Shown: one piece after another, positions 34,601-47,040 of the stretch
Numbering within the stretch: position 1 is the stretch's first letter
How the letters are laid out: every line of letters starts with the position of its first letter
From: Nageia nagi
Taxonomy: Eukaryota; Plantae; Pinophyta
Length of the DNA stretch: 64,000 nucleotides
Assembly (NCBI GenBank): GCA_050084985.1
Contig: JBITNC010000001.1
Span: 1,054,001 to 1,118,000, forward strand
Direction: 5' to 3'
Made by a program: the position numbers and the translations under genes
Notes under the pieces: model-generated
What the model saw: only the letters and a program-made list of their open reading frames with translations
Databases searched by the model: none
Told to the model about the DNA's origin: nothing

Positions 34601-37600
34601 TTTTCAGTGATTTTTAATGTTATTTTATTTGCTTACAGCTCTTTGGCCGAAATTTGTTATGGTATACTGCTGTCTTTGGTGCTATAATAGCAATAAGCAG
34701 AGAACTTATTGCTGATGACTTACCAGAGTTTGATCCTGAGGGGATAATGGCATTAGTGGCTCAACATACACATTATATGCCAAAGAGTTGGCGTGGAGCA
34801 GAAAAATCTGAATATGTGCGAAGGGAGTTTGAATCTCTCTTTCAGGTAGAGTTAATTCCAAGCTTTGTTTTTGCTTGTAGACAGGCCTAATATGACAAAT
34901 AATTAAATGTAGTAGATGCTGCTTACAAGTACTCTTTACTCAAATATTTATATTTTAGGTATATATTGCTTGTGTGTTTACTGCAGAATTGCATGTATAA
35001 TATATACATTTAAGAGTCAGTCTAGAACCCAGCATGTGTCACACCACTTCCTGCAGAGAAGCCATTTTCGTTGTCATTAAGTACATATGTTTTTTATGTA
35101 TTGGGTGGAGCTACGGACATAAAAACATAGGAAGGAATTTTTTATGTCTGTAATCATGCTTTCTTCAGCTGTAATCATGCTTTCTTCAGATCTTGGAATA
35201 GCAACCTCTTTGGTTTTATTTGCCTGCAAAATTTTCTTGCATGTTCTGGTTTTTTGTTGAAAAATTTCTTGGATCTTGTTTTAATACTAAGTCTCTTTTT
35301 GGAAATTGAAGACATCCTAGTTATTAACTAAAAGTCTCAGTATTTTGGAAAGAGACTTTTGGATTACTGTCAATTTTGTTAACAGGTATATACCAATCAA
35401 ACTATTGCTGTGGGTTGGAACAGGACGAATTTTTAAAGACGAAAAAGCAATACTACTAAGTGTGAAATTTGCCATGAATCATTCTATTGCAACAAACTGA
35501 TATTGTTGTGGTGCATGTCCTAGATGTAAATTTAGGCACACCAGGTGCATCCACAACCAGTATGTCAGTATGGTGAAATGTGCCTATTGCCGCACTGCAC
35601 TGGGTGCAGAACTGTTTTTTAAATCCATTTCTATAGAATCTCTTCCAAGTTCTAATCAATGAAGGTGCTCTGAAGTAATCAACTGATAGTGCATACTGCA
35701 TTCTATTCGGTACCATAATCTGTAAAGGGTCGTAACCAACACCAGCCAATATGCTGCAAAGTACCACAGCAAAGTCACATTTCATTATTTTATGGTAATG
35801 CTTTGATTCCCAGAGGTTGTTGTTTGCAAGTGAACATGGAGAACTGGGAGCAGGACAGAGTATTAATAAAGTGTTGTAGAAATCTCTCTAGATGGAGTTG
35901 TTGATGGCTGATTCCAGGGTTAAGATTGCTCTCAGAAATGAGGACGCTAAACTCCATGCTTTGCCCTCACTCAATACCTGATTCATTTCCCAAAAGACTG
36001 TTAGCTCCAAATTCATCTCCCATGCCAAGTGTTATTGAGGTAGTTAATTTCTTCATAGATTCTCATCCAACTATAATTAAAAAACACTGGATCCTTATTT
36101 GATTAAATGCGTCAATTTGTTTTAATTTATTATTTTGAACATTGGCAAAGATCAGGCGCTCTCTTGCACTCTACATATGGAGGTTTGTAACTACTTAATA
36201 AGGTCACCTTCAATAACTTCTTGTTGAGAAAGATGCAACTTTCCCTGGAAAATAATTTTGAAGGAGATCCTAAATTAGTGGAGAGATTAAAGAATCCAAC
36301 TCATCATCCCAAACACCTTTTACTGTGGAAATCATAAATATTTCATTTGCATATTTTCTAACAACATTTTTCGTACAGGAAGGCAGAAAACCACTGTTTG
36401 AAATAAGCAATAGAAGCTAATAAATCAGCATCTCATTAGAAATCTATGTTTTCAAGTAAAAAATAAAACAATAAGCAGAGGGAAAACTTGCTTTTGAAAA
36501 CAACAAAAGTGGCTTCACTAATTGCATGCATTCTAGAAAGGCAATCAACAACTTGTTACTGAATGCCCAGAGTTAGAAGCAAGTAATGATTACAAATTAT
36601 TGATAACTCATTAAAACATTTCAGAAGAAAGAACGATCATCGAAATGAAGATTATTATCTTGGTTAAAGATCATATTTGAAGAGGAATTCTGTTTGGTTC
36701 TGTTTACACTAGAATTTTTAGCTTGATCAAGTAAGAGAAAATTTCAGAAGAGTAACTTTGTTTCATACTGAATGTCAAAAAACACTTTGAGGGCCCAAGG
36801 GAATATCAATGTAGCAAGAGATCAGTACAAAACATAAGTCACAATTTTTAACACTAGAGATCCAAACCTGTTGTTTGTTATTAACAATCTCTCTGCTGAG
36901 CACCTAAGATTATTTTATATTTTTTGAGTTTTTTTGGTAGTTGCATGACTATGCTTTGCAATTATCAAATGAAACACAATTACTTGTATAAATTAGTCAA
37001 AATGTATTTATATTGATGATGTGTATTGATTTGGATAGTATTACTATTACCTGACTCGATTGAGTCCTGTTACAGTGTTTTTGAAAATGTTGTTCAACAC
37101 ACTGATATAGGTGATCAGCATATTCTCGTAACTACTGGCTTTCTTTTGGTGATCAATAGAAGAAAGCGGAATAATGGTTTATAATTTATACAGAAAATTT
37201 GAGATTTCCTTTCTCGTATTAAAGCCAGTAGTTTCCACCTTTCCTTGACATCTACAATATACAAGGTCTAGTTACATCTTTTAAAAGTCAAGGCACTACT
37301 GTATTTTGTAAAACGTAATTTAGTTGAGGATGCAAGGGCTCACTTTTTGCTTTTTTGATGCAGTATACTCTCATGTTGTTGTTCCAGGACATGGCCTCAT
37401 TGTTTGTAACTCCATGGGTTCTGATCTGGCTACTACCAAAGGTATCTGGTATCCAATCATTTTTTAATAAATTAAGCAAGGCTTTTGATAAAGATAGATC
37501 TGTCTTCTTATTTACCAATTAACAAAGTTCAAATGAATAACTTGACATAACTAGGATTTGAAATCTGAATAACAAATTATGTCCAAATGATTTTAATGTT

Positions 37601-38974
37601 TTCACTAAATTTGCAGCGTGTGGATGCTATTTTGCAATTTATAAAAGATTTCACAGTGAATGTTGAAGGTGTTGGAGAGGTTTGCAGGTACATTATGTTG
37701 ATTGTCCTCTTTGTTTTAAGTTTGATTTTTTCACCTTCCATATGGGGAATTCTGTGATACTTAATTTTTTATCATTGGAAAATTATTTGGCAGTTTAAGT
37801 GTTTTCGATTTTGAACTTCATGGAAACAGCAAGTATGGATCTCCATGCAATACATCTAAAGATCGTAGAAGTGGTCAAGGGAAAATGGAAAAGTCATTCC
37901 TTAGGTATGTTCAATGGTGTTGCTGTTTGAATTAAATAGTAGTGAAATCATGAAGTCACTATGTTTGGTTGCAAATTTTTTTTGTTTTGAGCATTATATT
38001 CTATGCAGGGAAAATAGTTTTTTAATGTGTTCATTTCTCATGAATTTGTTTCTTTCCAGTTTTAAGTGCAGTTACCCCACTTGGGAGCCAAATGCTCAGG
38101 GTAAACAATTCCTTTACACTCTTTCAGATTTTCGACAGCAAGAACAGGACAGACAGGCTACACAGATGTATTCACCTGACCGTGTTTCACAAAGATTGCC
38201 AACAGGAAGAGGTTTGGGTAGTGGATACAGTTCAGTATTAAGGGAAGTGCTTCCCACAGGTGGCCCTTTTCAAGACCTTATCCAGATTTCCAGATTGGTC
38301 AGTTGGATCAGCCTTGGACTGCTGAAATAGAACAGAAGGATCATCTCTACTGGCTTGATCGATATTATACTTTCCAGTCACTCTATGGTTCAGATGCGAA
38401 GGACAATCAGGCTCTTATGGTTGGATTGGAACAAAACTTGCTTGATACTGTAGGTAGAGAAGAGTCATTGGGCAAAACAAGAACTCATGGATTCTATATG
38501 GATGAGAGACTAAGGAGTCATATGGAGGCTTCAACCTCGAGTGCAATTTACCAGGATGATATTACTCCTCAAGGCATAGCTGCACCAGTACGACAGATGG
38601 ATGACAGCCGATGGTGGGCAAGAAATGCAAATCTGTCAAGTCGTGGCTATGAAAGCTTTAGGGAGCCACCTCAATTCACTGGTTGTCAGTTAGTAGATAC
38701 TATTGAGGAGTCATCTTATGGGAGTGACAAGGAGCAAGGCACAACATCAGAACTGAAACAATCTACACCTGCATATTCCAGCACTTTTATTGATAACAAG
38801 TTGAATGCTTTACATTTACCTTATGAAAATGAAGGCCGGGACACAATATGGGCCATGAGACAATCTTCGGCCACTTACGCTAGCACTTTCCAAAATGAAA
38901 ACAATGCCGAATTTGGTCTGCTCTTTTGTGATATGTCTGGACAGCCAACTAGTAACATCGAAGAGAGAATGTGA
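31084..38974 (+). CDS. ATG9: Autophagy-related protein 9, 9 coding exons, ~890 aa after correcting 4 single-base frameshifts
   Basis: Conserved blocks RLYSYY..GL.CI, LCVVKDLSAHDIVMRIMRK.NYLIGMLNKG, LEW.LNWCI, HAEQFYNHPST..SRRWSNL, THYMPK.W, QGKMEKSFLSF. All introns are GT-AG with consistent phases. Start could be the in-frame ATG at 31051, 31069, 31078 or 31084. Confidence 0.95.
31729..32049 (+). CDS. ATG9: ATG9 coding exon 2
   Basis: TGCAG| LNITDQEL...LQNMFD AG|GT. Confidence 0.95.
32130..33130 (-). mobile_element. Possible very degenerate LINE fragment in the ATG9 intron
   Basis: Scattered - strand motifs weakly resembling the LINE ORF2 C-terminus; no intact domain. Confidence 0.3.
33547..33769 (+). 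CDS. ATG9: ATG9 coding exon 3
   Basis: TGCAG| NFLIRKDF...WLFRDFNE |GTATTG. Confidence 0.95.
34317..34496 (+). CDS. ATG9: ATG9 coding exon 4
   Basis: TTTCAG| LDHLFK...EESLLEGQ |GTATGT. Confidence 0.95.
34639..34845 (+). CDS. ATG9: ATG9 coding exon 5
   Basis: TTACAG| LFGRNLLWY...FESLFQ |GTAGAG. Confidence 0.95.
35800..36850 (+). mobile_element. Degenerate LINE ORF2 fragments in ATG9 intron 5
   Basis: DRVLIKCCRNLSRWSC*WL (post-RT region) and MHSRKAINNL (EN-RT linker-like). Confidence 0.35.
37364..37441 (+). CDS. ATG9: ATG9 coding exon 6 (not in the ORF track)
   Basis: TGCAG| YTLMLLFQDMASLFVTPWVLIWLLPK |GTATCT; collinear with YTGMMLLEEIASIFITPFLLMFVVPK of Arabidopsis ATG9 (recalled). Confidence 0.9.
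37617..37687 (+). CDS. ATG9: ATG9 coding exon 7
   Basis: TTGCAG| RVDAILQFIKDFTVNVEGVGEVC AG|GTAC. Confidence 0.95.
37794..37904 (+). CDS. ATG9: ATG9 coding exon 8
   Basis: GGCAG| LSVFDFELHGNSKYGSP...GQGKMEKSFL AG|GTATGT. Confidence 0.95.
38060..38974 (+). CDS. ATG9: ATG9 coding exon 9 (one frameshift at ~38250-38305)
   Basis: TTCCAG| FKCSYPTWEPNAQGKQFL, then in the -1 frame HLYWLDRYYT, MEASTSS, RWWAR, SFREPP; TGA at 38972-38974. Confidence 0.9.
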
Positions 38975-40559
38975 CATGAAGTCATTGAGGATAGAGAAGA
39001 ATGAATAAGTTCTCATCCCTAATCTCATTTTCTTAAGGTGCAAGAATTGTAATGCTAAGATTTCAAACATTACTTTTGTTTCCAGGAAAAGATTCAGTTT
39101 TTCTGTTTTAATATCCTGATGGATTCGTGATACTGGTGTCCTTTCTGCAGAGCATTTGTTTGTTGTTCCATTTTATATCCTAAAATAGAGCTCTTGCTCT
39201 TGGGATGGTAATTATGAAATCTGCATGAACGGAATTTAAAAGGTGGATGGATAGGTTTCCTGATACGTAATCTTCAACATAGGGGACATCTGCCACATGC
39301 TATGTACAAAAATTGATTTGCTGATTCTTTCTGAAAGGTGCAACGCTTGTACTTATGTATATATGTTGTGGCAATAGATTTTCCTATTGTTTCTAAAAGC
39401 TTGGTTAGGTGCTGCAAACAAAGCATCTAATTGGTTGTCATTCTGGCGGACAGATACATGGACCGTTATACTTCAGCAATCATCTGGATGTTAACAGACG
39501 AGTCATCAATTTGATCTGAATTATTTTAGCATATTCTGCTGTCTGGAAGGTCAAAAGCATCATTGAATTTTCAATTTACATTGAAAGAAAAGTTGATTGT
39601 GTCAAAAGGATCTGGCATCAAAGACGAGCTTGTTAGATTGCTTTACCATTATTCTTTGGAAAATAACTGATTATTTATTTGTTTCTGTAGTCTGTGGGAA
39701 CATGAAATTTAACCAGGCCCACAGACCAAAATGTCTGGCATGGAATTTGCCATATTTCTGAACTTTTTCATATTTTGACTTATGTTGGGCTGAACCCACA
39801 AGAGACAGTGTACAATATACTTTCTTGTGTATGGAGAAATTGATCTCATTTTATTGGATATTTATTATTTGGTAATTATTTATAGGCAGAATATTTTCTT
39901 TTGTGCATTATTTGACTGCATATGTTTCGTTCCTCAAGTTACATAACAAGACTAATGAGCTATTTTGAATAAAAAACTCAAAAAAACTTTCTGCCAAATC
40001 CGTACATAAAGCTTTTCGATTTTCTTGGCACTTGGTCCTAATAATTGGAATGTAGAGGTGTGATACGAAACGTAGAGGTGTTATGGGTTTTGAAACTTAC
40101 TGTTTTGTTTGAAGGGCATCCTTGTGCCTATCAAAAGGAGGATTCAGTGACAACAGTCATTCCTAGGAGGATTCAGTGTTCACAGAAAGTTCATGGAGGA
40201 TTAAATCGATGGAAGATGAGAAGTTTCTTTCTTATGGTCTTTATTGCGCATATTACAATTTCAAATTATGATAGATATAAAGGATGATATTGGTTGTGAA
40301 ATAATGAACAACAGAGAGTGGAAAATTGTAGAGAAAATATCCCTTGTTAGAACAAATAAAATCCTTTACAATGTGTCATTCAATTATGAAGTTTATTTTT
40401 TGTTTCAAAAAGTGAAATAGGTTTGAAGTGTTCACCCTAAGTGTCGTATAGCATGAATGTGGAAGTGTTTTAATTTTATTTTTCAATGTATATCACATTA
40501 TTTGTGAACATATTTTGGGATGATCTATTTGCTTGACTACTAAGAATGCATGAAACAAG

Positions 40560-41450
40560 TAATGAAAGAACTTGTTTATTTTTTCAAAATAAATATTGTT
40601 GTAATATTATGATCGAGATGAATTCTCTTTATAATTTCAAATTAAAAATAACATACCTTACTTTATCCTTCTCATGGAAGTTGGTTTATTCCTATTGAAA
40701 GTGAAGCTTTAAAATAGTATATATTATACATTAAACTAACAAGTTAGATCCTCATAGATTGCCTATAGTTCTCCAACAAACTTATTCAACTCATAGTCAT
40801 CTTAAAAGAGGTTGGCTAGAAAAAAATTAGCAAAAGTTCAAATTGCAAATAACGTAAATCAAAATTTTTGGAATGATGATAGCATCAAAGATGAAAGAAA
40901 ACTAGTTCACTACAAAAGTATCATTAATCCAAAACTTGAACCTTTCACCACCCACATAAAGTTACTAATCTTAAAAAGAAACTTTCGATTGCAAAATTAA
41001 AAAATTAATTCATATGATTTATATAATAATAATAAAAGTATATTAACATTCATGGGAGACCAACTAATCGATGGGACGGACAGTTGTAATAGGCTATTTC
41101 ATAGCATATAAATCTTGTAGTGGGAATCGAACATGGGATATAAGTCATAGCAAGGTCAACACATGACCAACTCAACCAACATAATGAACTTGGTAGATGG
41201 ACAACAATAAAATTGCCTCGAGATAAAAGAATTTGCAAGTATTGTAATCTAAATACCATAAAGAATGAGACTCACATTCCTCTTTTTTGCTGATTGTACA
41301 AAGACATTAGATAAACTTATAAAGGTATATGTAACTTCAACTCGATCTATGAATTTTTAAACCAAGATAACCAATATGCTTGAAGATTTTATTATACAAC
41401 TTAATTATGTGAGAAACAATCATTCAAATACTTAATTGATATATTTTTAC
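40560..41450 (+). mobile_element. RTE/RTEX-type non-LTR retrotransposon 3' fragment, split by a SINE
   Basis: SYDLYN[SINE]ELGRWTTIKLPRDKRICKYCNLNTIKNETHIPLFC*LYKDIR fits the C-terminal pattern SHxLxxExGRW..R.C..C..E.H...C..Y..IR. Confidence 0.7.
41028..41180 (-). mobile_element. tRNA-derived SINE (~150 bp) with a (TTA)n tail
   Basis: On the - strand: A box TGGTTGAGTTGG (41167-41178), B box GTTCGATTCC (41123-41132), tail TTATTATT; flanking ATAAT duplication at 41023-41027 and 41181-41185. Confidence 0.75.
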
Positions 41451-41578
41451 TTTTGGACAGACTTTGATAGGTCCTACAAACTATTGAATTAAAAGGACGT
41501 TAAAAAAACTTATCTAACAAAGTTTGTTCAAAGTTAAATATATATCATTTATGTATTTAAATTATTATTTTTTATAGA

Positions 41579-42545
41579 TTTTTTTTTTTTTGTGATTAAA
41601 ATCAAGTAAATTTGTTATCAATCCAAAAATCAAAGTTTTGAAAGGGTCTCTGAACCTTTTACATGGTCAAAATTTGTTTCATTTACAATATATTTGTATA
41701 ATATACACAACTTATCTTCCTTACCAAAGAAAAGAACAAATAAAAAACATAGTACTTTACCATGAAGGATAGAAATATACAAAATACAACATAAGTTCTA
41801 TTACTGCCTATTCTAACTATATAGTAAACAAAATGTAGCATAGACCTCTTTATGGCTTCTGTGAGTTTAGTGGCTTGGGTGTGAAGTAGACCATTCTATT
41901 GAACTCTGCAAATTGCTACCCTATTGTAGGATATGACATTAGTAATAGAGTAGGTGATCCATCTTCCTTACTAAATGTTAGGTCATTGTGGTTGTACTTG
42001 TAGAATTTCTTATATATCCTTCTCATTTTAGGTTGAAATTGGTTGATAGACTGAACGAATGATTGGGCCTCCTTTATTTTCCTCCTCTTGATAGTCTTCC
42101 CCTGTTGTGTTCTCTTTGGAAAATTCCATTTTTTGTGTTCTATATAACTCCTCTTCATTCTTGTAGTTGCGTTTTCCTCTGTTCTAGATGTAGAATTTCT
42201 TGGGCCTCTTTTACTTCTCTATCTCTCTCCTTTACTTCATCGTTATGGCATGGCATCATATCTTGTATTTGGCTTGCCTTGTGACTATATTGCCTCTACT
42301 AGCATTTGATTATGGATAAAATAGCTTTGTGGCATTCTTATTGCTTGTATTTTCTTCCTTTGTTTTGATTTTGGTTGGCTTGTTTGCCCTTTGCTGCGTT
42401 TTACCTTCATTGTTACTCCTACTTGGTTGTTGTTCCATAGTTTGATCTTCAACTTGTACCATGATTTTTCTCTTTGAGAGATTCCACTTTTTGGGTTCTA
42501 TTTAACTCCTCTTCATTCCTGTCAATTGCATTTTCCTCTGGATGG
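41579..42545 (-). mobile_element. Probable LINE 3' end (poly-A on the - strand) with degenerate body and a ~70-bp direct repeat
   Basis: T13 run at 41579, then GTTTTGAAGGGTCTCTGAACCTTTTACA resembling a LINE 3' UTR; repeat at ~42112-42181 and ~42471-42540. Confidence 0.4.
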
Positions 42546-43285
42546 TAGAACTTAATTCTATTATTTTTAATAGAATTAAGATGCTTACCAAAACATAGTT
42601 AATATTTTACATGTTTATTTTCATCAAGATAAATATTTTTATATAAACTGTGATAACATTTTTTTAGTATTGATATAAGAGATTTTTAAGATCCTTAGAG
42701 CTTTAGAAAATAAATTGTGGGGTTGAATAGCATTACATCCATCAACTTATATACTACAAACTTAAACAAAAAGTGGCCATACATTATAAGGTCATTAGCT
42801 AACTAGTAAACAAAATAGAATAAAATGTGATAACATAGTTAATATGTTATATGTTAATTCTTATTTTTTAATCATGTTAACGAGTTTTTTTCTACAATGA
42901 CAAGAGGGGGCGATAGTTAGTACATTGGTATTTGATTGCAAATATTTAGAAATTAATTATATGATAGTTGTTGAAAGGTGTTTATATGATAGTAGGAAGG
43001 GGTTGGTGAGTAGAATTTAATGTTCATTGAGTACCACTTTGGCATTCATTGACAAACTTTGAAGAAGTTCGAAGGTTGTCAATGAGCTCACGTAGCCATT
43101 TAAGGATTTAGCATTAAATATAATTCCCAAATCCTTTGCATGCGAGACTCAAGATTAAAGTTTCTTATCAAATGGGATAGGTTTCATTTTTCTTAACTAT
43201 TTGAATAAAATCAACCCAACACATAAATGTGCTTGCATATCTAAAAATTCTAGAATATCCCCAAACATGCACAAATCATCAATAA

Positions 43286-46160
43286 TGTTAGAAGATGAAA
43301 GTGTGATCCTCAATACTAGATTGCAAATATGAAATATATTAACTCCAAGGCTTCAAAATTACATTCCCATAATACGCAAGTACATAAAGAAGTGACTTAT
43401 CACTTCACCTTACAAAAGATACTCTTAGAGTCCCTAAAGACACACCATATTCAACTTCCTATGACTCTTGGAATAACTACAATATTTCAATATGAAAATA
43501 GAAATATTTCTAACATAAAAATCCCTTATTTAATAACATATTACTAATATTCTTAATCCCTAAGGATTATATTTTCAACATTCCTCCATTTAATCCAAAA
43601 GGGATTAAGAAGATACAACATATAGTAGTAAATGATAATAAATTTTATAGTCTTTATAACTAACTCAATTATAATGTGCAATCATGGTTAGAGAAAAATC
43701 AAGATATTTCTCATAAGGAGCTTTTTCATCATGATGCTCCTTTTCTTCAAGACTCTCCTATTGAATTTTGCAATACTTGGTAGGATGCATTTCCTTTGGC
43801 ATCCCACACATTGCAAGTTAGATGTATCACCTTGATTTAATATAACCCTCTTTCCTCTAGAATTCTTCTTTCCTTTTCCTCTTGTACTATTTTTCCTTTG
43901 TAAGTATCTTTTTTTCCCTTTTTGAGCAGTGCATAAGATTTCTCTAGGGATATCAACCATCTTCTTTTTGAAGGCCTTTTAATATTGCTCAATGTTCTTC
44001 TTAAAGAGATTACTTGTGAGAGATTTCAAATTGCCACTACCTGAAGTGATTCAAGATAATTAGAGTATGTTGTATTGAAGGCCTTGATGAAAGCCATGGG
44101 AGAAATATCTACCTTGACACCAAAATTCATAATAACATACATGATAGCCTTAATCTTCAAAGCTAAGCCCATGGGATCATTATCCTTCAACTCAACATAG
44201 AAGAGTTTTACTTGTAATTGTATGAACCCTAGACCCAAATGAGAGTCATACAAATCTTTCAATTTCTTCAAAGCACCAATGCTCATTTTATGGATTTAAT
44301 GTGGCACTTGACCCCTTCAATTATTGAAGCAATGATCAAGGCATATGTATTCCTATATTTATGTCTTCAGTGTGCAAACTCTTTTGGATCCATGGATTTT
44401 GTGGGTGGATAATCCCCATCAAAAACACTATCCCAAAGGTTATTAAAGATAAGAGTATGTTCTATCTTCCTTGACGATTCTCACCATTTCTCTTTACTAG
44501 CAACATAACATCAATAATATATGCAAGAGGATGCATTATTATGCGGTGAGAAAAATAATGTCTTCAATTTATTTATATGCCTTCAAAAATGAGTATAATA
44601 ATTCCTTCAAAAAATAGAATCAATAGATTAAAAAATCAAGTGTCGTTTCTTATGTGATCGATGGACACAATTTTCTTCAGTGTGACCTTTGTAAATACCT
44701 TTAAGGCATCTCCTTATAAAAAGGTAAAAGTGAAGTTAATATTTAACTTCTTTTAAACATATTGGTTTATATGACCTATCAAGAGTTTTTAAATGTCAAC
44801 AATGTAGAGGGTGGAAGTTAAACTTAGGACCTTCAATGTGGGTGTCTTCACACCTCACTTGGCTCCTAAATCCCCTAACAAGAGGTGATGTCAAGGGTAA
44901 AGTCAACATTTAATGTCCTTTAAACCTATTAGATTGTATGAGCTATTAAGAGTTTTTAAATATCACCAATGTAGAAGGTGGTAGTTAAACTTGGAACCTT
45001 CAATCTCTTCACACCTCACTTGTCTTCGAACTCCCCTAACAATAAGTACTTAATATAATTGTGGGAAGATAAATAATCAAAATTTTAAGGCCCAATTTCA
45101 CTAATGATTTCCAAAAGAGCAAAGGAAAAGTTGTAACCATATTCTTAATTCATAAAAATGTGCCTCTAAATAAAATTCAACTCAATCAACAATTCACAAA
45201 ATGTGGGCATTCAAGATAAAAGCATTCATAAGATAAACACGAGCATTGAACCAATAGGCATAGTAGCACATGAACAATCAGCTCCAGCCAACAACTTTAA
45301 AGGTGAGAATTACTAAACACATGTTGTATTACAAGCATAAGCGTTTGAAGATGAACACTGGTATTTAAAATAGATGTGTTGAACAATCACAAATATGACT
45401 CAGATAAGCACATCGAGCAAGGAAATTTAATAGCCAACCAAGTGAATAGAGGACGAATCAGAAATAAGGGTGAATAACAAAAAATAAATGCAAGATTGAA
45501 GATGAACATTGGTGGGAATAAATATGGTTATAGATCAGTGGGGAAAGCCATGAAGAAATAAGGGTACTTAATCTTTCTTGACATAAATGAAAAAATGCTC
45601 CCACAAAAGCCAAGATCGTAGCCAATATGATGTTAACAAAAATAAAAAATATGAAAAATATTATGCAAAATTGAATTTTTTTATATATTCCAATAATTTG
45701 TGAACACATGTGAGAATAAATCAAACACAAGCATTTTTGGAAGAGCATAAGTGTCGAGTCAAGCATGCAAATTGTGATGTACAATATCCCAAGGAACTAA
45801 AACATGGGAGTTATAGAGACAAATGCAATGAATGTGAGAATTGCAAAACCAAAATGAAAAAAAGGTTTACAATTAGGGTAAATTTTAAGAAAAAATTATA
45901 ATTCCTAATTATAGAAAAATTGGCTATTCTGATTAGTAATTTGGCTATTCCCGTAGAAGGGGGTATAACAAAAAGGCTATTCAAAAAGTAAAAAAAAAAA
46001 TAGAAAATGGTGATTCCTAATTTTTTTCCTAAATATAACATTGATAAAATTTGAAACATAATCTCACTTTCCTTCTATTTTTGTAATTTTTTTGAAAGAA
46101 GGTTAGCTTTTATCACCAAATTTTATTACAAAATATTTTGTAGATTTAACATAAGTCTAT
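43286..46160 (-). mobile_element. Copia-derived gag-only element F (3' LTR 43286-43580, PPT ~43581-43595); 5' boundary uncertain
   Basis: gag (LKKLKDLYDSH..IQLQVKLF.VELKDND) and a degenerate knuckle at 43688-44540, about 100 bp from GGATTAAATGGAGGAA-TGTTGAAA; no pol. Confidence 0.65.
44722..45042. repeat. Tandem duplication of a ~150-170-bp unit
   Basis: AAGAGTTTTTAAAT.TCA.CAATGTAGA.GGTGG.AGTTAAACTT..TCTTCACACCTCACTTG..CCCCTAACAA present twice. Confidence 0.8.
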
Positions 46161-46497
46161 GTTATGGTGTTATTACTATTGTTGAGGCTCAAGAATATTA
46201 TTTCTTATCAGATTTAATGTTCGAATAGTGGATCTTAGCATAATATTATATAATATATTTATTCCTGAGTTCATGCTAGCAAAAGAAATTCGGCTATGTG
46301 TCATTACTGTGTTGTCCCTCTAATGGATACCCATGGCCTAAAGTTTATAAATGTCGATGATAAGTCTAAGTTATAGTTATTAATGGTGGGTACACATGGT
46401 AGCCCCATGATGCTAGTACCCCCAGATGGAGAAACTGTTATCATCAGAATCTTACCAAAGTAAAGAAAAGTTAAGAGGTAATAAGGTAGTACGACCC

Positions 46498-47040
46498 ACA
46501 GGATGAGAAGATTGATCGACTAGAGGAGATACGTGGAGGCCCTGTGATGCAGCACCCATAGATGAGAGTTTAGGAAGGAATAAATAATAAAGAAATAACA
46601 TGGAGGTTAAGTAAAAGGGAATATAATGTGCAATGATCAACTAGGATATGTGGTGGCAATATGGTAGCACAGACGAGAAGATTGACCTATTAGAGGAGAC
46701 ATGTGGAGACCCCACAATGTCACACCCATAAATGATATTTTATGTAATCATAGATTGTAAGGAAATAACACAAAGGTTAAGAAAAAAGCATACATTATGC
46801 AATGGTAACATTGACACATGGAGGCTTTGCGATACAACACCCATAAATGAGACTTTGTGCAACTGTAGATTGCAAGTTAAGCAAAAAGCATATGTTATGC
46901 AATGGTAACATGGACATGTAGAGGCCCCACGATGCAGTGCCTGCAAATGAGACTTTATGCAACCATAGATCACAAGGAAATAACACAAAGGTTAAGCAAA
47001 AGGGAATACAATATGCAATGGTAACTAGGACACATGGATG
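46498..47040. repeat. Diverged tandem array, about 4 units of 100-170 bp
   Basis: Recurring GAC.YRTGGAG.C....ATGC..CACCCATAAATGAGA.TTT and GGTTAAG.AAAA..CA..TATGCAATGGTAAC. Confidence 0.75.

Noticed and set aside
35148-35189. 21-bp tandem duplication CTGTAATCATGCTTTCTTCAG; similar short duplication at 29576-29640
   Set aside because: These are ordinary intronic slippage duplications with no further structure.
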